A DNA stretch of 63,494 nt, filler included, from Folioceros fuciformis (Eukaryota), in NCBI GenBank assembly GCA_049999805.1. It is 9 parts of 8 records of this genome, joined end to end, with 100 filler letters (N's around TTAATTAATTAA, not from the genome) between each part and the next. Parts side by side here need not be neighbours in the genome. Positions count along the whole stretch, not along the records: positions 12,958 to 28,931 come from JBNGIO010005561.1; positions 29,032 to 39,188 come from JBNGIO010005561.1; 7 more parts are not named here. One strand, 5' to 3'. Every line of letters begins with the position of its first letter. Positions within the stretch are counted from its first letter, which is position 1. The notes under the pieces are model-generated. The model searched no databases, was not told the origin of the DNA, and was given only the letters and a program-made list of their open reading frames with translations. This document shows positions 22,701-35,180 of the stretch, piece after piece. The translations under genes and the position numbers were made by a program.

Positions 22701-24715
22701 TTCCTGGCCTGACTGCTCCCCGGCTTGCAGGCAGCCTGCCAGTCTGGCTGCCCAGCCCAGCATTCCGCCATGACCAACCAACCAGCTCGGCTGGTTGAGC
22801 AGCCCGGCCGAACTGGCTTCGCTGTCCTGCTTTGGTCCAGCCCCTGGTTGTTTGGCTACTTGCAGCCAGCCAGCCCAATCGACTGGCTGGCCGCTGACGA
22901 CCCACTCAGCTCTTGCTCCCGACTTGAGGCCACTCGGGTCTATTCCTGCAAGCCAACTTGCATTGATAAGCCCGAGGATCAACCCGAGCCAACTTGGATC
23001 TCAACCGGCCGGCCAAGACGCTCCTTGGACACATCACCCCCTTGCCCATCCAGCCTACGCCAGGCAGCTGCTGCCTAGCTGGATCTATCTACAGGTCACC
23101 TGCTAGCCTGCCTTCTCACGCCGGCTGGACAAGCACAGCCAACCTGCAAGCCGGCCCTTGCCCTCCACATCCACCCAGGTTGCCTGGTCGATTCTGCCAC
23201 CTCCAGTCCACCTGTAGCCTGCAGCCCCGGCCTGCCTCCGGCTTTGACCTCACTTAGGTCAACCCTAGCTGCCAGGCCGCCTTCGACACGGCCTCCTAGC
23301 TGGCTAGATCCGCCAGCCACCCTTCGCCCAGCCGACTAGCCAACCTCCTGCCCAGCTTGCCTTCCCCCTGGGTCTGGCTAGGCAGCCCGATCGCAGCCCT
23401 TTTGCTACCTATGGCCCTGCTAGCCTGCTAGCAACCAACCAGCCCGGTTGGTCAAGCAGTAACACACAACCAGGCCAAACCCGGCCGAAAGGATCTAGCC
23501 GGGCAACGTCCCTCCAAGATCCTCCTTAGCCAGCCCTCCGACTGGCTCCAGGGACTGCCATCCAACCCCGGCGAATCCAGCACCGCCCCTGGATGATCCG
23601 CCCCGACCTCATGTCCCGACCTACCTCCAGCACTCACCTTCTGACCGGTTCCAAGCGAGCCAGCCACCAGGCCTATCCCCATTGCCTAGGAACATGCCTC
23701 TAGATTCCACCAACAGCCATCCTGCCCAGTTTGGCCGCACCAGGCTAGATCAGCCACCCACGCTTGACTCCAAAGTCGGGCAGCCAGACCGCCATCGGGC
23801 CTGACCTGCGGGCTTGCCAACAGCCAGGCCATTGTCACCCGGCTTGCCTGATGTGCCGCCATCCGCCCTTACCGTGTCGCCAGACGCTCAACTACCGGGC
23901 TGCAGGGTTGAACGGCCATAACCCCAGCTAGTTGCCCGGCCTTCGAATCCGGCCCTGGCCAGATCCGCCAGCCAAAGTGTCCGCCTGCCTCTTGTTCAGA
24001 CCAGTCGGCCAGTGCCTTGATTCCACCGTGAATCCATCCAGGCCCGTTCCTGCAAGCCAAGCGGCCTTCCTGCTCTGCCTCGGCCAGTTCCCCCAACCCA
24101 GATCCATGCTTGGCTTGGGTTCGGGCCCGATTTGCTCCCACCGGCCCAGCTAGCTGGCTATGCATGCATAGCTGACCAACCTCGCGCCGCCCTGACTCTG
24201 ACTGCATCCCACCGGCCAGGCCCGTCCTCAGCCCAGGTCAAGTCAACCGATCAGTGTGGCTAGCCGAACAGCCGGCCCATTCCTGATCCGGCTATCTCCA
24301 GCCTACTTACCCTGAGTCGACGCTCCCCCTGGCCTGGCCATCTGGCTGGCTAGCTTTTCCCGAATTTGATGCTCGCACAACCTTAGGCCCTCCCTACGTG
24401 ACTGCCTGCTCTCAGGCCCTCGGCCCTAGGCACCTCTATCCCCGTCTCCCGCTTCCAACATCATCAGCTAGAGGGAACCCCGGCTCACCTCCCATGACCC
24501 ATTCTAGGGTTCCTGTTCCTCTGTTACCTTATCCTGAGGAACCGGAGCCCGTGTCTATGTACCACACACCCTCCTAGACCCTATCGACTCACCATTAATC
24601 TAGCTACTAATCTAACCTAATCTTCTAACCATTTCACTATAGGATTCACTCAGAGATTCCCAAAAAGAGAAATCCTACCATTTTTCAGGGACCTATTCAG
24701 CATGTGGAGTCCACA
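19710..24715 (-). mobile_element. 5006-bp solo LTR (or non-autonomous insert) of Gypsy type
   Basis: TGTGGA...TCCACA termini; TSD gtcat (19705-19709 / 24716-24720); one end matches the LTR terminus at 51411-51617, the other weakly resembles the LTR end before the PBS at 56476; no gag/pol inside. Confidence 0.8.
20255..20340 (+). repeat. ~21-bp tandem repeat (about 4 copies, cagcacttcagtccttcactY)
   Basis: Visible periodicity; HFSPSLQ repeats in ORF 20065-20508. Confidence 0.7.
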
Positions 24716-26039
24716 GTCATATAGCTTATAGGCCTTTGCCTCGTCTCCATAGCCAACAAATATCATAGGCTTGGCTCTGTCATCCAGCTTCTTACGTTTC
24801 TCTTCTAAGACATACACATAGGCTGGAGATCTGAAGACTTAAAGATGAAGAAGGCTCGGCTTCCTGCGCCAAATCACCTCAAATGGTGTCTGACCTACGA
24901 CAACACTTGTCAGAATGCAATTCATAATGTAAGTTGCAGTGACCACTACCTCTACCCAAAATGCCTTGCTCGACCCATACCATTCTAACATGCTTCTTGT
25001 CATTCCTAGCAGGGTCTGATTCCTTCTCTCAACAACATCGTTTTGCTGCTGGGTGTAAGGAACTATCAACTGCCTTACAATGCCATTGTCAAGTAGAAAC
25101 TGTGTGAAATGTGCATGGACAAACTCTGTCCCATTGTTTGTACGAAGACATTTCAACAGAAGTCCAGTCTGCCGCTGGATCATGACTAGCCACTCATGGA
25201 AGACATTGAAAGTATCAGACTTCAACCGAATCGGGTAGGTCCAGGAGTATCTAATGTAGTCATCTGTGATTATTAGGTAGTATTGTGCACCACCTAAACT
25301 GGGTATGTGGATTTTGCCAGAAATGTCAGCATGGACGAGATCAAGGACTTGAGATGCATGATGGGCAACAATTATAGGGAAAGGAACTTCGTTTTGTTTG
25401 GCTATTACACAGGCATCACGCAAAGGTAAGTCCTTAAAACATGTAGGCATGGGCTCTTAATAGCACGCTAGATTAGACATTTTTATCAGTTTATCCCGAT
25501 TAGCATGGCCTAGTCTAGCATGCCAAAGATTGGCCTCTGCAGCTTGGGAAGATTGGGCAACATGTACTATGATCTTGGCCAGCATCCACTTGAAGCTTGG
25601 GGTTCTGGCTTGCACATGCAGCATTTGTACCTGTATCTTAGTGTTGTTTCCCACTACTCTCCATGTCACAAATTGCAGCACAATCTGCTACAAGTGAGGA
25701 TAGTTCATGTCCAGAAAATGGAAGATTTTGATTCTAAGAGATTGCAGCAAAGAATTGCAGCAATCTGGGTTTGAAAGGAGCTACATGACACACGCAGCTT
25801 GGTGAGCATGGTGAGTCAGTTTGTTACACCATGAATTGCAACACTAGAATCAAAGGCACTAAAAACGTTCTTCATCCTAACTCCCAATTCTAGAGAACAC
25901 AAAAACATGGTTTGAGCTGCCTTCCCCAAGTTATAGCGCTGCGCGGCGCAACTTCAACAACTATCAACTTCTGCCCTGGCTGCCCCTTTTGCCTAGTGCC
26001 AGCCATCTTCACGATCCAGCGTCCAGCTGAGTTGGCTTC

Positions 26040-29000
26040 TGACATAAATGGAGAGCAGGAGAGAATTTGAATCATAAGGCAATACATTAACAAAATAATA
26101 ATAATTACAAAGTAATGTAAAGAGTGCATATTATCTATGCTAGGCATCTCTTCGCTAAAGTGACCTTTGAATAATTAAACTAAACTTAACTAACCACAAC
26201 TAACCGGGGGTGAACCCTAAGCGAGTGAGGTTACCCCGTGAACACCCTCCCTTAAGCAAAACAAGCTTAGGAATTATGACGGGACTGAACACGGGTTTTG
26301 CAAAGCAGGTGAGGACGACAACAAGGAGAAGATGGGCAAGCGAGGCTTAATGAGCAACACTCATCACTCAGAGAGGACGTGCGGCTGGAAAGTGTTGTTC
26401 AACGTGATCTTGTGCTGGACGAAACTCGGGAGAGAAGAAGAACTTAGGGATTGGATTAACTTCGAGCTTCATCCACCTGACCTGTTTTTCAGACTGCTAT
26501 AGTGTTGTGGTAGCTAACCCTTCCTGTCGCCTGATGGCAGGCACATAAGAACACAGAAGGAAGAGCTACACTTCACAATACTGAGGACCCAGGTCTCACC
26601 CGTAAGTCTTCTTTGCAGTAGGTTAAGCTGCGGGTTTGAAATAGGATTGAAAGTTTATCAGCCCAAGTGCCTGCATATGCTTCTGATGTTTATCCTTTGG
26701 CAGGGCCTTTGTTAGGATGTCTGCTGTGTTATTCTCAATAGGCACGTAGAGAATTTTAACTAACCCCCTCGTAGCAGCATCCCTAACATAGTGATGATGG
26801 ACTTCAATATGTTTCGTCCGAGCGTGGAAGCGGGGATTTGCAACAAGGACGATGGCTGATTGATTGTCACAGTAGAGGTGAGTAGGGCCATCTTGTGTTT
26901 GCCGAAGGTCATGTAAAAAAGACTGCTCCCATTCCACTTCCTAGTAGCATCTATAAGTGATTTGTATTCAGCTTCAGTGCTTGACAGGGCTATACTGGTC
27001 TGCTTTTTGCAGCTCCAGTTGATGGAAGCTTGGGCAAGGAGGAAAGCATAGGCGGACAAACTCTTACGGGAGTTACTATCCGATGCCCAATCAGCGTAAG
27101 TATGCCCTTCAAGAGTGAGTTGAGTGGTCTGGTGTGCTCCTCGTCTATAGCAGAGTCCAATGTAGGGCGAGCCTTTGAGGTAACGAAAAATACGTTTGAC
27201 AACAGTCCAGTGAGCACGACCAGGGTTATCCAAGAACTGGGACACTGTACTAACGGAATGTTGGATGTCAGGGCATGTCCAGTTGCTGACAAAAAGCAAG
27301 CAGCCAACAGCCTTTCGATAGGGGACATCCTACATGTCCAAGCAGTGAGCATCTGTAACAGGACACTCATATCGGGTAAGTTTAGCTCCTACAGAGCCTG
27401 GAGTAGAAGAGGGACGGGCTTGTCCCATGTTGAATTTGTGTAAGATTTCAGCAACATATTTGTGTTGATGGATAAGCCCCTCTGATTGAACTCGAAGCAC
27501 TTGTATCCCTAAGCAGAAAAGTAGATCACCACTGTCTGTCATTTCAAATGTTTTTCTTAACATATCCTTTACGTGTGACAGGATATGTTGGTTACTAGCA
27601 GCAAGGATCACGTCATCCACGTGTAGAGCTAGGATGACATAGGTGGTGCCTTCTCGGAAGATGTACACATTGGAGTCAGCTTCGCACTGTTCAAAACCCA
27701 AGGTTTTCAGGGCTGTGTCACACCTCTTATACCAGCGTTTTGCACTCTGTTTTAACCCATACAGGCACTTGATGAGTAAGCAAACATGATCTGGATGTGC
27801 AGGATCAACGTAACCTTCCGGCTACTCCATGTACAACTCCTCCTCAAGAATCCCATGGAGGAAAGCCGTGCAAACACCCATCTGCTGCAATTCCAGGTCG
27901 TACTCAGCAGCTAGGGCCAAGATAATGCGGATGGACTAAGCACGCACCACTGGAGAAAAAGTGTCCTGGTAATCTAAACCAGCAACTTGGGTAAACCCCC
28001 TGGCACACAACCTTGCTTTGTAACGGGATATGTGCCCGTCAACATTCAATTTGTGTTTAAACACCCATTTACAGGTGATAGCCTTTCTGTTTGCAGGTCT
28101 AGGAACCAGACGCCAAGTGCCATTTTTTATGAGGCTATTATACTCATCATCAACACCAAATTGCCATTTAGTTTTATCTGGGCCTGTCAAGGGCTCTGTA
28201 AGAGTAGCTGGCTCCAGAGGAACTGCAGGAGGAGAGGAGACAGTTGAAGTTGTAGGTCGTCGGAAGTCTATACTGGTATATGGAGGGTCCCTCCAGTCAG
28301 AAGGCAGAGAGGTTTGTGACGAGAAGAGCGACGGAGTCCAGCATCTTCATTTCAAGAAGGGTCATAGGCAATAGCAGGGGCAGGTATAGTCACGTCATCC
28401 ACAGCTGGTAAATCAACTGGCAAATTGTCTGGGGCATTTTCAATGTCTATATCTGCCTCTGCAAATAGGCCATTGAACCCTAATGGAGTAGGATCTATAA
28501 CTCGTTCTTCTGCTGCAACGGGGTGTGCAGCATCCTGGTCCTCATCAGCAACAGGTAGATGCTGAGCAGGGTGGACACCAGCAAGTTCATAGTTAGGTTG
28601 GTCCTGGTTCTCGGCTAGGAGATCAAGGATAGCAGGCCCGTCAGCATCCTTAGGATATAAGGATAGAAGACCTGTGGACCCTTCTAAAGCATTGGCTTCT
28701 TCTGTAGTGGATGATCGTTCGAAAGAGTCATGCTGAATAGCAACATGTGCAAATTGCAGAGACTCCACGAAAGTAATGCTCCGTGCCAGAATTGGTTGTA
28801 AAGTTGTAGGATCAATGAGCTTGTAGGCTTTTACAATTTCACTATAGCCAACAAAGACTAATGCTCTTGATTGGTTGCCTAATTTCCTGCATTTTTCTGC
28901 AGGAACATAAGCATAGGCTTTTGAGCCAAAGNNNNNNNNNNNNNNNNNNNNNNNNNNNNNNNNNNNNNNNNNNNNTTAATTAATTAANNNNNNNNNNNNN

Positions 29001-30896
29001 NNNNNNNNNNNNNNNNNNNNNNNNNNNNNNNCCAGTTACAGTTACCAGGGCGTTTGGAGGATGGACCAACATCACTGCGTTGTCCTTCATTGCGGGGACC
29101 CTGGTAGAAGCCCGGCTATGGTGGTATCCGCATTCTTCCTCTTTGTGCCCCTCGTCCACGGGAAGCAGTCAGGACTCTGTCAACTTTGGTTTTCCCAGAC
29201 CCTGACAAGAGCCCCTATCTCCTCGTCTAAGGTGAGAGTAATTTGTTGTCCTGCAACTCCGACAGCCCTAGCCTGTCGGATGGGGACATTGTGTGCAGAT
29301 ACAAAGTTCTGGTAATTAGGCGGAAGGCTGGTGAGCAATTTTGCAATCACGTCCACCTCGTCCATCACTGTACCAAGAGAGGTAAGTTGTGCTCTAAGGT
29401 GTCTAAGCTTGCTGGTGTGAGCAAGTACTTTGTCCCCTTCGTGCATTTTAAGTCCATAGAACTCCATACGCAAAGTACAAAGTGTAAGGACATTGTTTAT
29501 CCGATACTGACCCTCCAACTGTGCCTAGATTTCACTGGCCTTAGTGAGAAATTCGATCTGTGGAATAAGATCTTGAGTCAGGCCAGAGACAAGGAGAGCA
29601 ATACCAATGCTATTCGCATGAGCCCACTTATCTCTTTCTCCTGTGAGGGCTGTAACAGGAGGCTCTGGAATAGATCCATCTACTACTCCCCAAACTCCTC
29701 TAGCTAACAGAGTAGATTTCATGCGAACTCTCCACACCTCGTATTTCTGGCCATTAAACTTGTCATTTTCTTTTAATTCGGAAGTGAAGACAGTGGTAGC
29801 CAGCTAGGGGTGCAGGTGGTGATGGAGGAGGTGGGTTAATGCTAGTCATGGTAGTAGGATAACCTGGGCGTGTGTTTAGGGCGGGTGTGTTAAGGGCTAT
29901 TTGGTCAGCACCGAAGAGATTGACTTATCAAGATATGTGCCTGTGCAAGAGAAATGAACAGGCATGGACTAGGAGAAAGAGGCATCAATAAGACACCAAG
30001 AGACATGGCAGCACCGAAACGGTAAAAAAACTAGAAGACCTAACTTCCAAGGGGTCTACCAGTTCACAGGATTTGGACATCAATGTGAAAAACCCTAACT
30101 GCCAAGGGGTACACCGGTTCACATGAGTTCGACATTCATGAGAAAACCCTAACTCGTTTGTGCATCCGACTTTCTAGGAGTGGGCAACAAGGTTGGAAGA
30201 TACAATCCCATGGCTGGCTGTCTGTAGGGTTACGGCGACTACGCCTACGATGAGGCATGCTGTAGAAAAAGTGCAGCAATCATGTCTGAAATTATTCAGA
30301 CATTGTAATTGACAGTTGTGTGCTCCTAGGAGGAGCAATATGGGCTTGAGTATAGTTCCAAAATTATTTAGAAATAATTGTGTGACTTTGCTGAAGTCCC
30401 TATTGTTCTTCCTCTGCAACAGTGTCAGCTTTTGTTCTCTTAATAAATTAATAATTGGAATAACTGAGATTCCATATATGATTTTGTAGAAAATCTCTCA
30501 TGCTCCAATGCAGCGGAATTTAGTAGGATCGGAGGTTAAAAACCAGTCCTGTCCAGAATCTGAGGTCCAACCTTTGTAAAACTTTAATGGCAACATAGTC
30601 ATAGTTGCCATCAAATGTGAGATGATGCCAGTACATGCTTGAGTCTCGTTATCATTCACACATAATCATAAAGAGCCTTGCTCTGATACCATAACATAAA
30701 TGGAGAGCAGGAGAGATTATGAATCATAAGGCAATAAATTAACAAAATAATAATAATTACAAAGTAATGTAAAGAGTGCATATTATCTATGCTAGACATC
30801 TCTTCGCTAAAGTGACCTTTGAATAATTAAACTAAGCTTAACTAACCACAACTAATCTGGGGTAAACCTTAAGCGAGTGAGGTTACCCCGTGAACA
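26040..30896 (-). mobile_element. Ty1/Copia element with both LTRs (26040-26244 and 30692-30896), central gap
   Basis: 205-bp LTRs with about 10 mismatches by eye; TSD gcttc (26035-26039 / 30897-30901); PBS 30680-30691; PPT complement ccctccctt 26245-26253; gag 29180-29737; RT/RNase H 26623-28190. Confidence 0.95.
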
Positions 30897-31303
30897 GCTT
30901 CACGCCCTTGCATCAGCATTGCTCCTTCCATGATGCCTTGCTAGTGTACCCTAAATTCTGTTGTTTTCCCACGTTGGGCACAGGGTTACACCAACAACAA
31001 GTTGGAAATACCCAACATGTGTTCCAACTCAACTTGCCTAAAAACATCTAGCTATTTCTAAGCTAGTTTGCAAAATATCTAGCTAAGCTAGGTTCATTTA
31101 TCCTAGCATTGGTTTACTTAAGACATATATTTGCTATCCTATTCTAAACAACATTGGCTGAGGGTTTCTTACCTAATCGGCAGTCACCATCGTGACAACT
31201 GTTGTGCGAGGGCAATGTTGTGATGAGTCGAGTCGTGATCCTGGCCAGCATCCACTTGAAGCTTGGGGTTCCGGCTTGCACATGCAGCATTTGTACCTGT
31301 ATC

Positions 31304-32116
31304 TTAGTGTTGTTTCCCACTACTCTCCATGTCACAAGTTGCAGCACAGTCTTCTGCAAGTGAGGACAATCCATGTCCAGAAAATGGAAGATACTGATTC
31401 CCCCCCCCCCTAGCTGATTGTGCCATAGTTACAGCTGGTGTAGCACAGCAAGGGCAGTACCAAAGGTGCTCAAGAACCTCCGAGAGAGGTGGATTGAGAC
31501 AAAACAAATGGTAACCACCATTGCAGTGGTCACAAAGTAGCATCAACTCAGCGTCGTCAATCCTCCGGCATACCTGGCATGGGAAATCTCGAGGAGGAAT
31601 CCAATTGGCGGTGACGATGGTTGGGTCCAGGTTAGGAAGGTGGCAGGGCGCGCAATTCTTGATATGGTCTGTGATGGTGTGCCCATTTGACCCTTGCAGT
31701 AGCAAGATCCCATTTGGTCGGACCTCCCTTACTCGCAACACGTGACGGCTGCTGACAATGTCCAAAGTGTCTCTTATTTGCCGTTGCAAGTATACGAAAT
31801 CCCCCACTGGAAATTTCTTCAGTTTGGGTCTGAAACTACCACTGCGAGTGTATGCATACCGCAATGTGTCCCGGTGTTGTGCAATGTGGAGATTGGCCAT
31901 TGCCATGGACATCATTTGCCTGAACAATGCAGCCCTCTCACCAATAGCACATGCCCAAGCAGCAGGATCATCCAGATCCAAAACTTCTGCCATGTGCTTG
32001 GCAATAGCACTGGGCAGTATGGGCTCCCTCCAAAACAGCAAAAAGTAGGGACTGAAGTGAGCTAAGGAGGCATGTCTGCTGAGCCTGTACCCCATGGCAA
32101 TGTATGGTAGGGCCAA
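31304..32116 (-). CDS. Gypsy integrase C-terminus with PHD finger (fragment of decayed pol)
   Basis: FSPYFLLFWREP, FPVGDFVYLQ, then C4HC3 pattern CQVC...LLCDHCNGGYHLFCLNPPL...WYCPCC. Confidence 0.88.
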   Translation of the reverse strand: MALPYIAMGYRLSRHASLAHFSPYFLLFWREPILPSAIAKHMAEVLDLDDPAAWACAIGERAALFRQMMSMAMANLHIAQHRDTLRYAYTRSGSFRPKLKKFPVGDFVYLQRQIRDTLDIVSSRHVLRVREVRPNGILLLQGSNGHTITDHIKNCAPCHLPNLDPTIVTANWIPPRDFPCQVCRRIDDAELMLLCDHCNGGYHLFCLNPPLSEVLEHLWYCPCCATPAVTMAQSARGGGNQYLPFSGHGLSSLAEDCAATCDMESSGKQH

Positions 32117-32417
32117 ATCCCCCTATGTCTTGGGCATCCATAAGCATAGTTTCCTCAGCCCCTTCTTGATATTTGCACCAAACTCTCTGCGAGACCATCG
32201 GCTCGGGGGTGGTCTCGACTAGTCCTGCGATGGTCAATCAATGTTGCATCCAGTAGATCTTGGAATTCTCCTCGGAATTCAGAGCCCTGATTTGTCAAGC
32301 ACTCAGCACAACTTCCCAAGCGTGCCAGCACATTCTAAAGGAAAGCCTACGCTGTGCTTCTAGATGTCTTATCAGGAAGGGCCACTACTTTGATCCACTT
32401 GCTGAAATGCTCCATCA

Positions 32418-32710
32418 TGTCAATAGGATCAACTCCAGTCTACGTGCAAGTGTAGGAGAGGAGAGGAGAGAAGAGAGGGTGGTATTGGTGATCACAACCA
32501 TGAAAACAATACACATCACCACTGTCTTACTATGGAGGTCCGAGGTCTCCATTTAAGTAGTACATTTAGGGCTACACAACTTCCAGGTTCAATATGGGAT
32601 AATCTACACTATCCTAAGTTCACTAATAACTAGAACTAGTCTAGTATGAACCCAACTGGGATAACTAACACCACATGAGTTTAGCTCATATAGAGCTCGA
32701 TAACTCAACA
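32418..32710. mobile_element. Solo LTR (293 bp) in Gypsy integrase; same family as 11111-11403, inverted
   Basis: TG...CA termini; TSD catca (32413-32417 / 32711-32715). Confidence 0.92.
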
Positions 32711-34398
32711 CATCATAACAAGCACGTAGACATTGCCCCTTGGTGTACGAGGGAGTTCCCCAAGCAGGTCACAGGACCACCAAAAGAATAAACCCATGAT
32801 GGGCAAAGGCTGTAGCTATCGATTCTGAATGTTGAAGGTGGTCTTAACTCTATCACACTCCACACAACAAGCCACTTGTTGCTTCACTCGGGCATGCATC
32901 CCGTACCAATGAAAATGTGGAACCAAGAGGCTGTAGGTCCTTTTGACACCAAAGTGACCCATGTCGTCATGGACTTGACGAATCAACTGCTCCCTCTCAG
33001 CTGGTGGAGGCACAAGACGTTCCCCTCCGTTACCCAACCTTCGCAGCAAGTAGTTGTCTCGCCAGTAGTACAGCTCAGCACATTGACGGATGCGCTCCTG
33101 GACTGCTGGCTTTAGTGACGTGTCCATTTGTTCAGTTTGCACAAAGTGCAAAGTCTCAACATCCTCCCAGATGTCCTTGGGCCTGGTAGTACTTGCATTA
33201 ACCTCCAACTGTCCCAAGCATATCATGGCCACTAGGGCTGCCACATTAAGACCCTCTGCCTCATCGCTATCCAAATCCTGTCGGGCTGCGGTTACATCAA
33301 CATGACTGTCTAGGATTCCTGGACAAGGTGTCAGCATTCTGGTGTTTCATGCCGAGCCTGTGCACCACATTGAACTCATAATCTTGCAGGATCATAGCCC
33401 ATCTTGCCAACTTACCATTGAGCTTGGTGTTCATCATCAGCCACTTGAGAGGCTGGTGATTTTGTCACCAATGTAAAGGGCTTCCCAAACATATAAGGGC
33501 GGAAATGGCAAACAGCCCACACGGTCGCTAAGCATTCCCCATGGTAACTGCTGTAGTTGGCCTCCACACGGTTATTGCTGCGGGATGCGTAAGCTATAAT
33601 GCGCTTGCGTCCCTCTTCATCTAGCTGTGTGAGGACAGCCCCAAGCCCCAGCACACTCTAGTCTGTGTGCACCACAAAGGCCTTGGAAAAATCAGGTCTA
33701 GCCATCACAAAGGCCGCGATTAGCTGAGCGTTGAGCATGTCAAAGGCCTCCTGTGCAGCAGCTATTCAGCTCTAGTGCACATCCTTGTGCAGTAGATCAT
33801 TCAATGGCTTTGCAATTCAGCTAAAACTCTAAATGTATACCCTGTAATAGTTGCATAAGCCCAAGAAAGCCCTCAATGTTGAAACATTGGTTGGCTCCTT
33901 CACTTGCCGAATGGCCTGCACCTTGGCTGAATGTGGCATTACCCCCTTTGGCACAATTCAATGTCCCAAAAAAGCCACAGTATCCATGCCAAATTCACAC
34001 TTGGCAGGATGGCAAGTCAAGTTTGCCTTGCGCAGTTGAATGAATAGATCCTCAAGGTGCTCCAAGTGACTCTCAAAGTCTAGGTTGTGCACCAACACGT
34101 CATCAATGTAGCATATCATGTGTGCAGATCTTGCTAAGACCATGTCCATCACCCGTTGAAACGTCGCCAGTGCATTTTTAAAGCCAAAGGGCATCACAAG
34201 CCATTCCCATAGCTATCAAGAGCCCAAGAAAGGCTGTCTTCTTGATGTCCTCCTCTACCACCGGGACTTGGTTGAATCCTTGCCGGAGATCCAATATGGA
34301 GAAAAACATAGAATTGTCGATGCTGTCGAAGATTTCCTCAAGAGTTGGCATGGGATATCGGTCTTGGGCAGTCACAGCGTTGATGGGACGATAGTCCC

Positions 34399-34647
34399 TG
34401 TCGGGTTTTAGATGCTTAGGCAGCGAGCACGAGAGCGAGATGCAAAGACTTAGAATAATGTCATCGTCTTCATAGTCACAGGAACGCGTTACATAGTGTA
34501 TATAATAACCGCTAACCGTTTCTACCTTCATGCGCGCGTGCAGGCAGCCGCGGCATGAACGACTAACTGTTTAGCCCTAAACTAAACCTGGCCGCTATAC
34601 AAATATAAATAAAATTCAAAGTGAGGGTTGCATTACGCTCCCCAACA
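34399..34647. mobile_element. Solo LTR (249 bp) in Gypsy RT
   Basis: TGTCGGG...CCCAACA termini; TSD gtccc (34394-34398 / 34648-34652); removal restores EKRMCGDYRP. Confidence 0.92.
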
Positions 34648-35180
34648 GTCCCCACACATTCGCTTCTCTGTCCACATTCCATTGCTATCCTTCTTCGGAG
34701 GCATGACTGTTGCTGCAGCATAATCTGAGCTTGAGGGATGGGTAAGCCCAGCCTCCAGCAACTCCTAGCATAGTGCGTCCACCATCTCCCACTCTGTTTG
34801 GCTGAGCCTCTAACGCCGCCTATAGATGGGCTCATCACTGGTCAACTTGATGCGGAAGACAATCACATTGCAACGTTTCAATTCCTTCATGGAGAAGGCA
34901 AAACAGTCCTTGTATTTCAGCAATAGACTGCGAACCTGAGCCTGCTGCTTGCTTGTGAGCTTGGGTCCCATGGTCAAGAGAAACTTCTCAGTGGAAGGGC
35001 GTGGCTTGTGCTCAGGTCTTGCACTCCATGCACAGTCCCCCTCTAAACTTGAGACCAAAAAAACAGGCTNNNNNNNNNNNNNNNNNNNNNNNNNNNNNNN
35101 NNNNNNNNNNNNNNNNNNNNNNNNNNNNNNNNNNNNNNNNNNNNNNNNNNNNNNNNNNNNNNNNNNNNNAGCCAGTATGA

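Larger units (their letters stand above)
17082..25569 (-). mobile_element. Ty1/Copia element, 3' part (3' LTR 17082-17264, PPT 17265-17271, RNase H, RT, integrase), split by a 5-kb insert
   Basis: TG...CA LTR next to caccctc (PPT complement); RT/RNase H at 17680-19199; integrase at 24839-25450; the frame KAYKLYD|TLIKVVVFAQSVTF is restored when 19710-24715 and one TSD copy are removed. Confidence 0.88.

Noticed and set aside
21911-24207. Many 70-130 aa P/A/G/W-rich ORFs
   Set aside because: Expected by chance in GC-rich low-complexity LTR DNA; no motifs.
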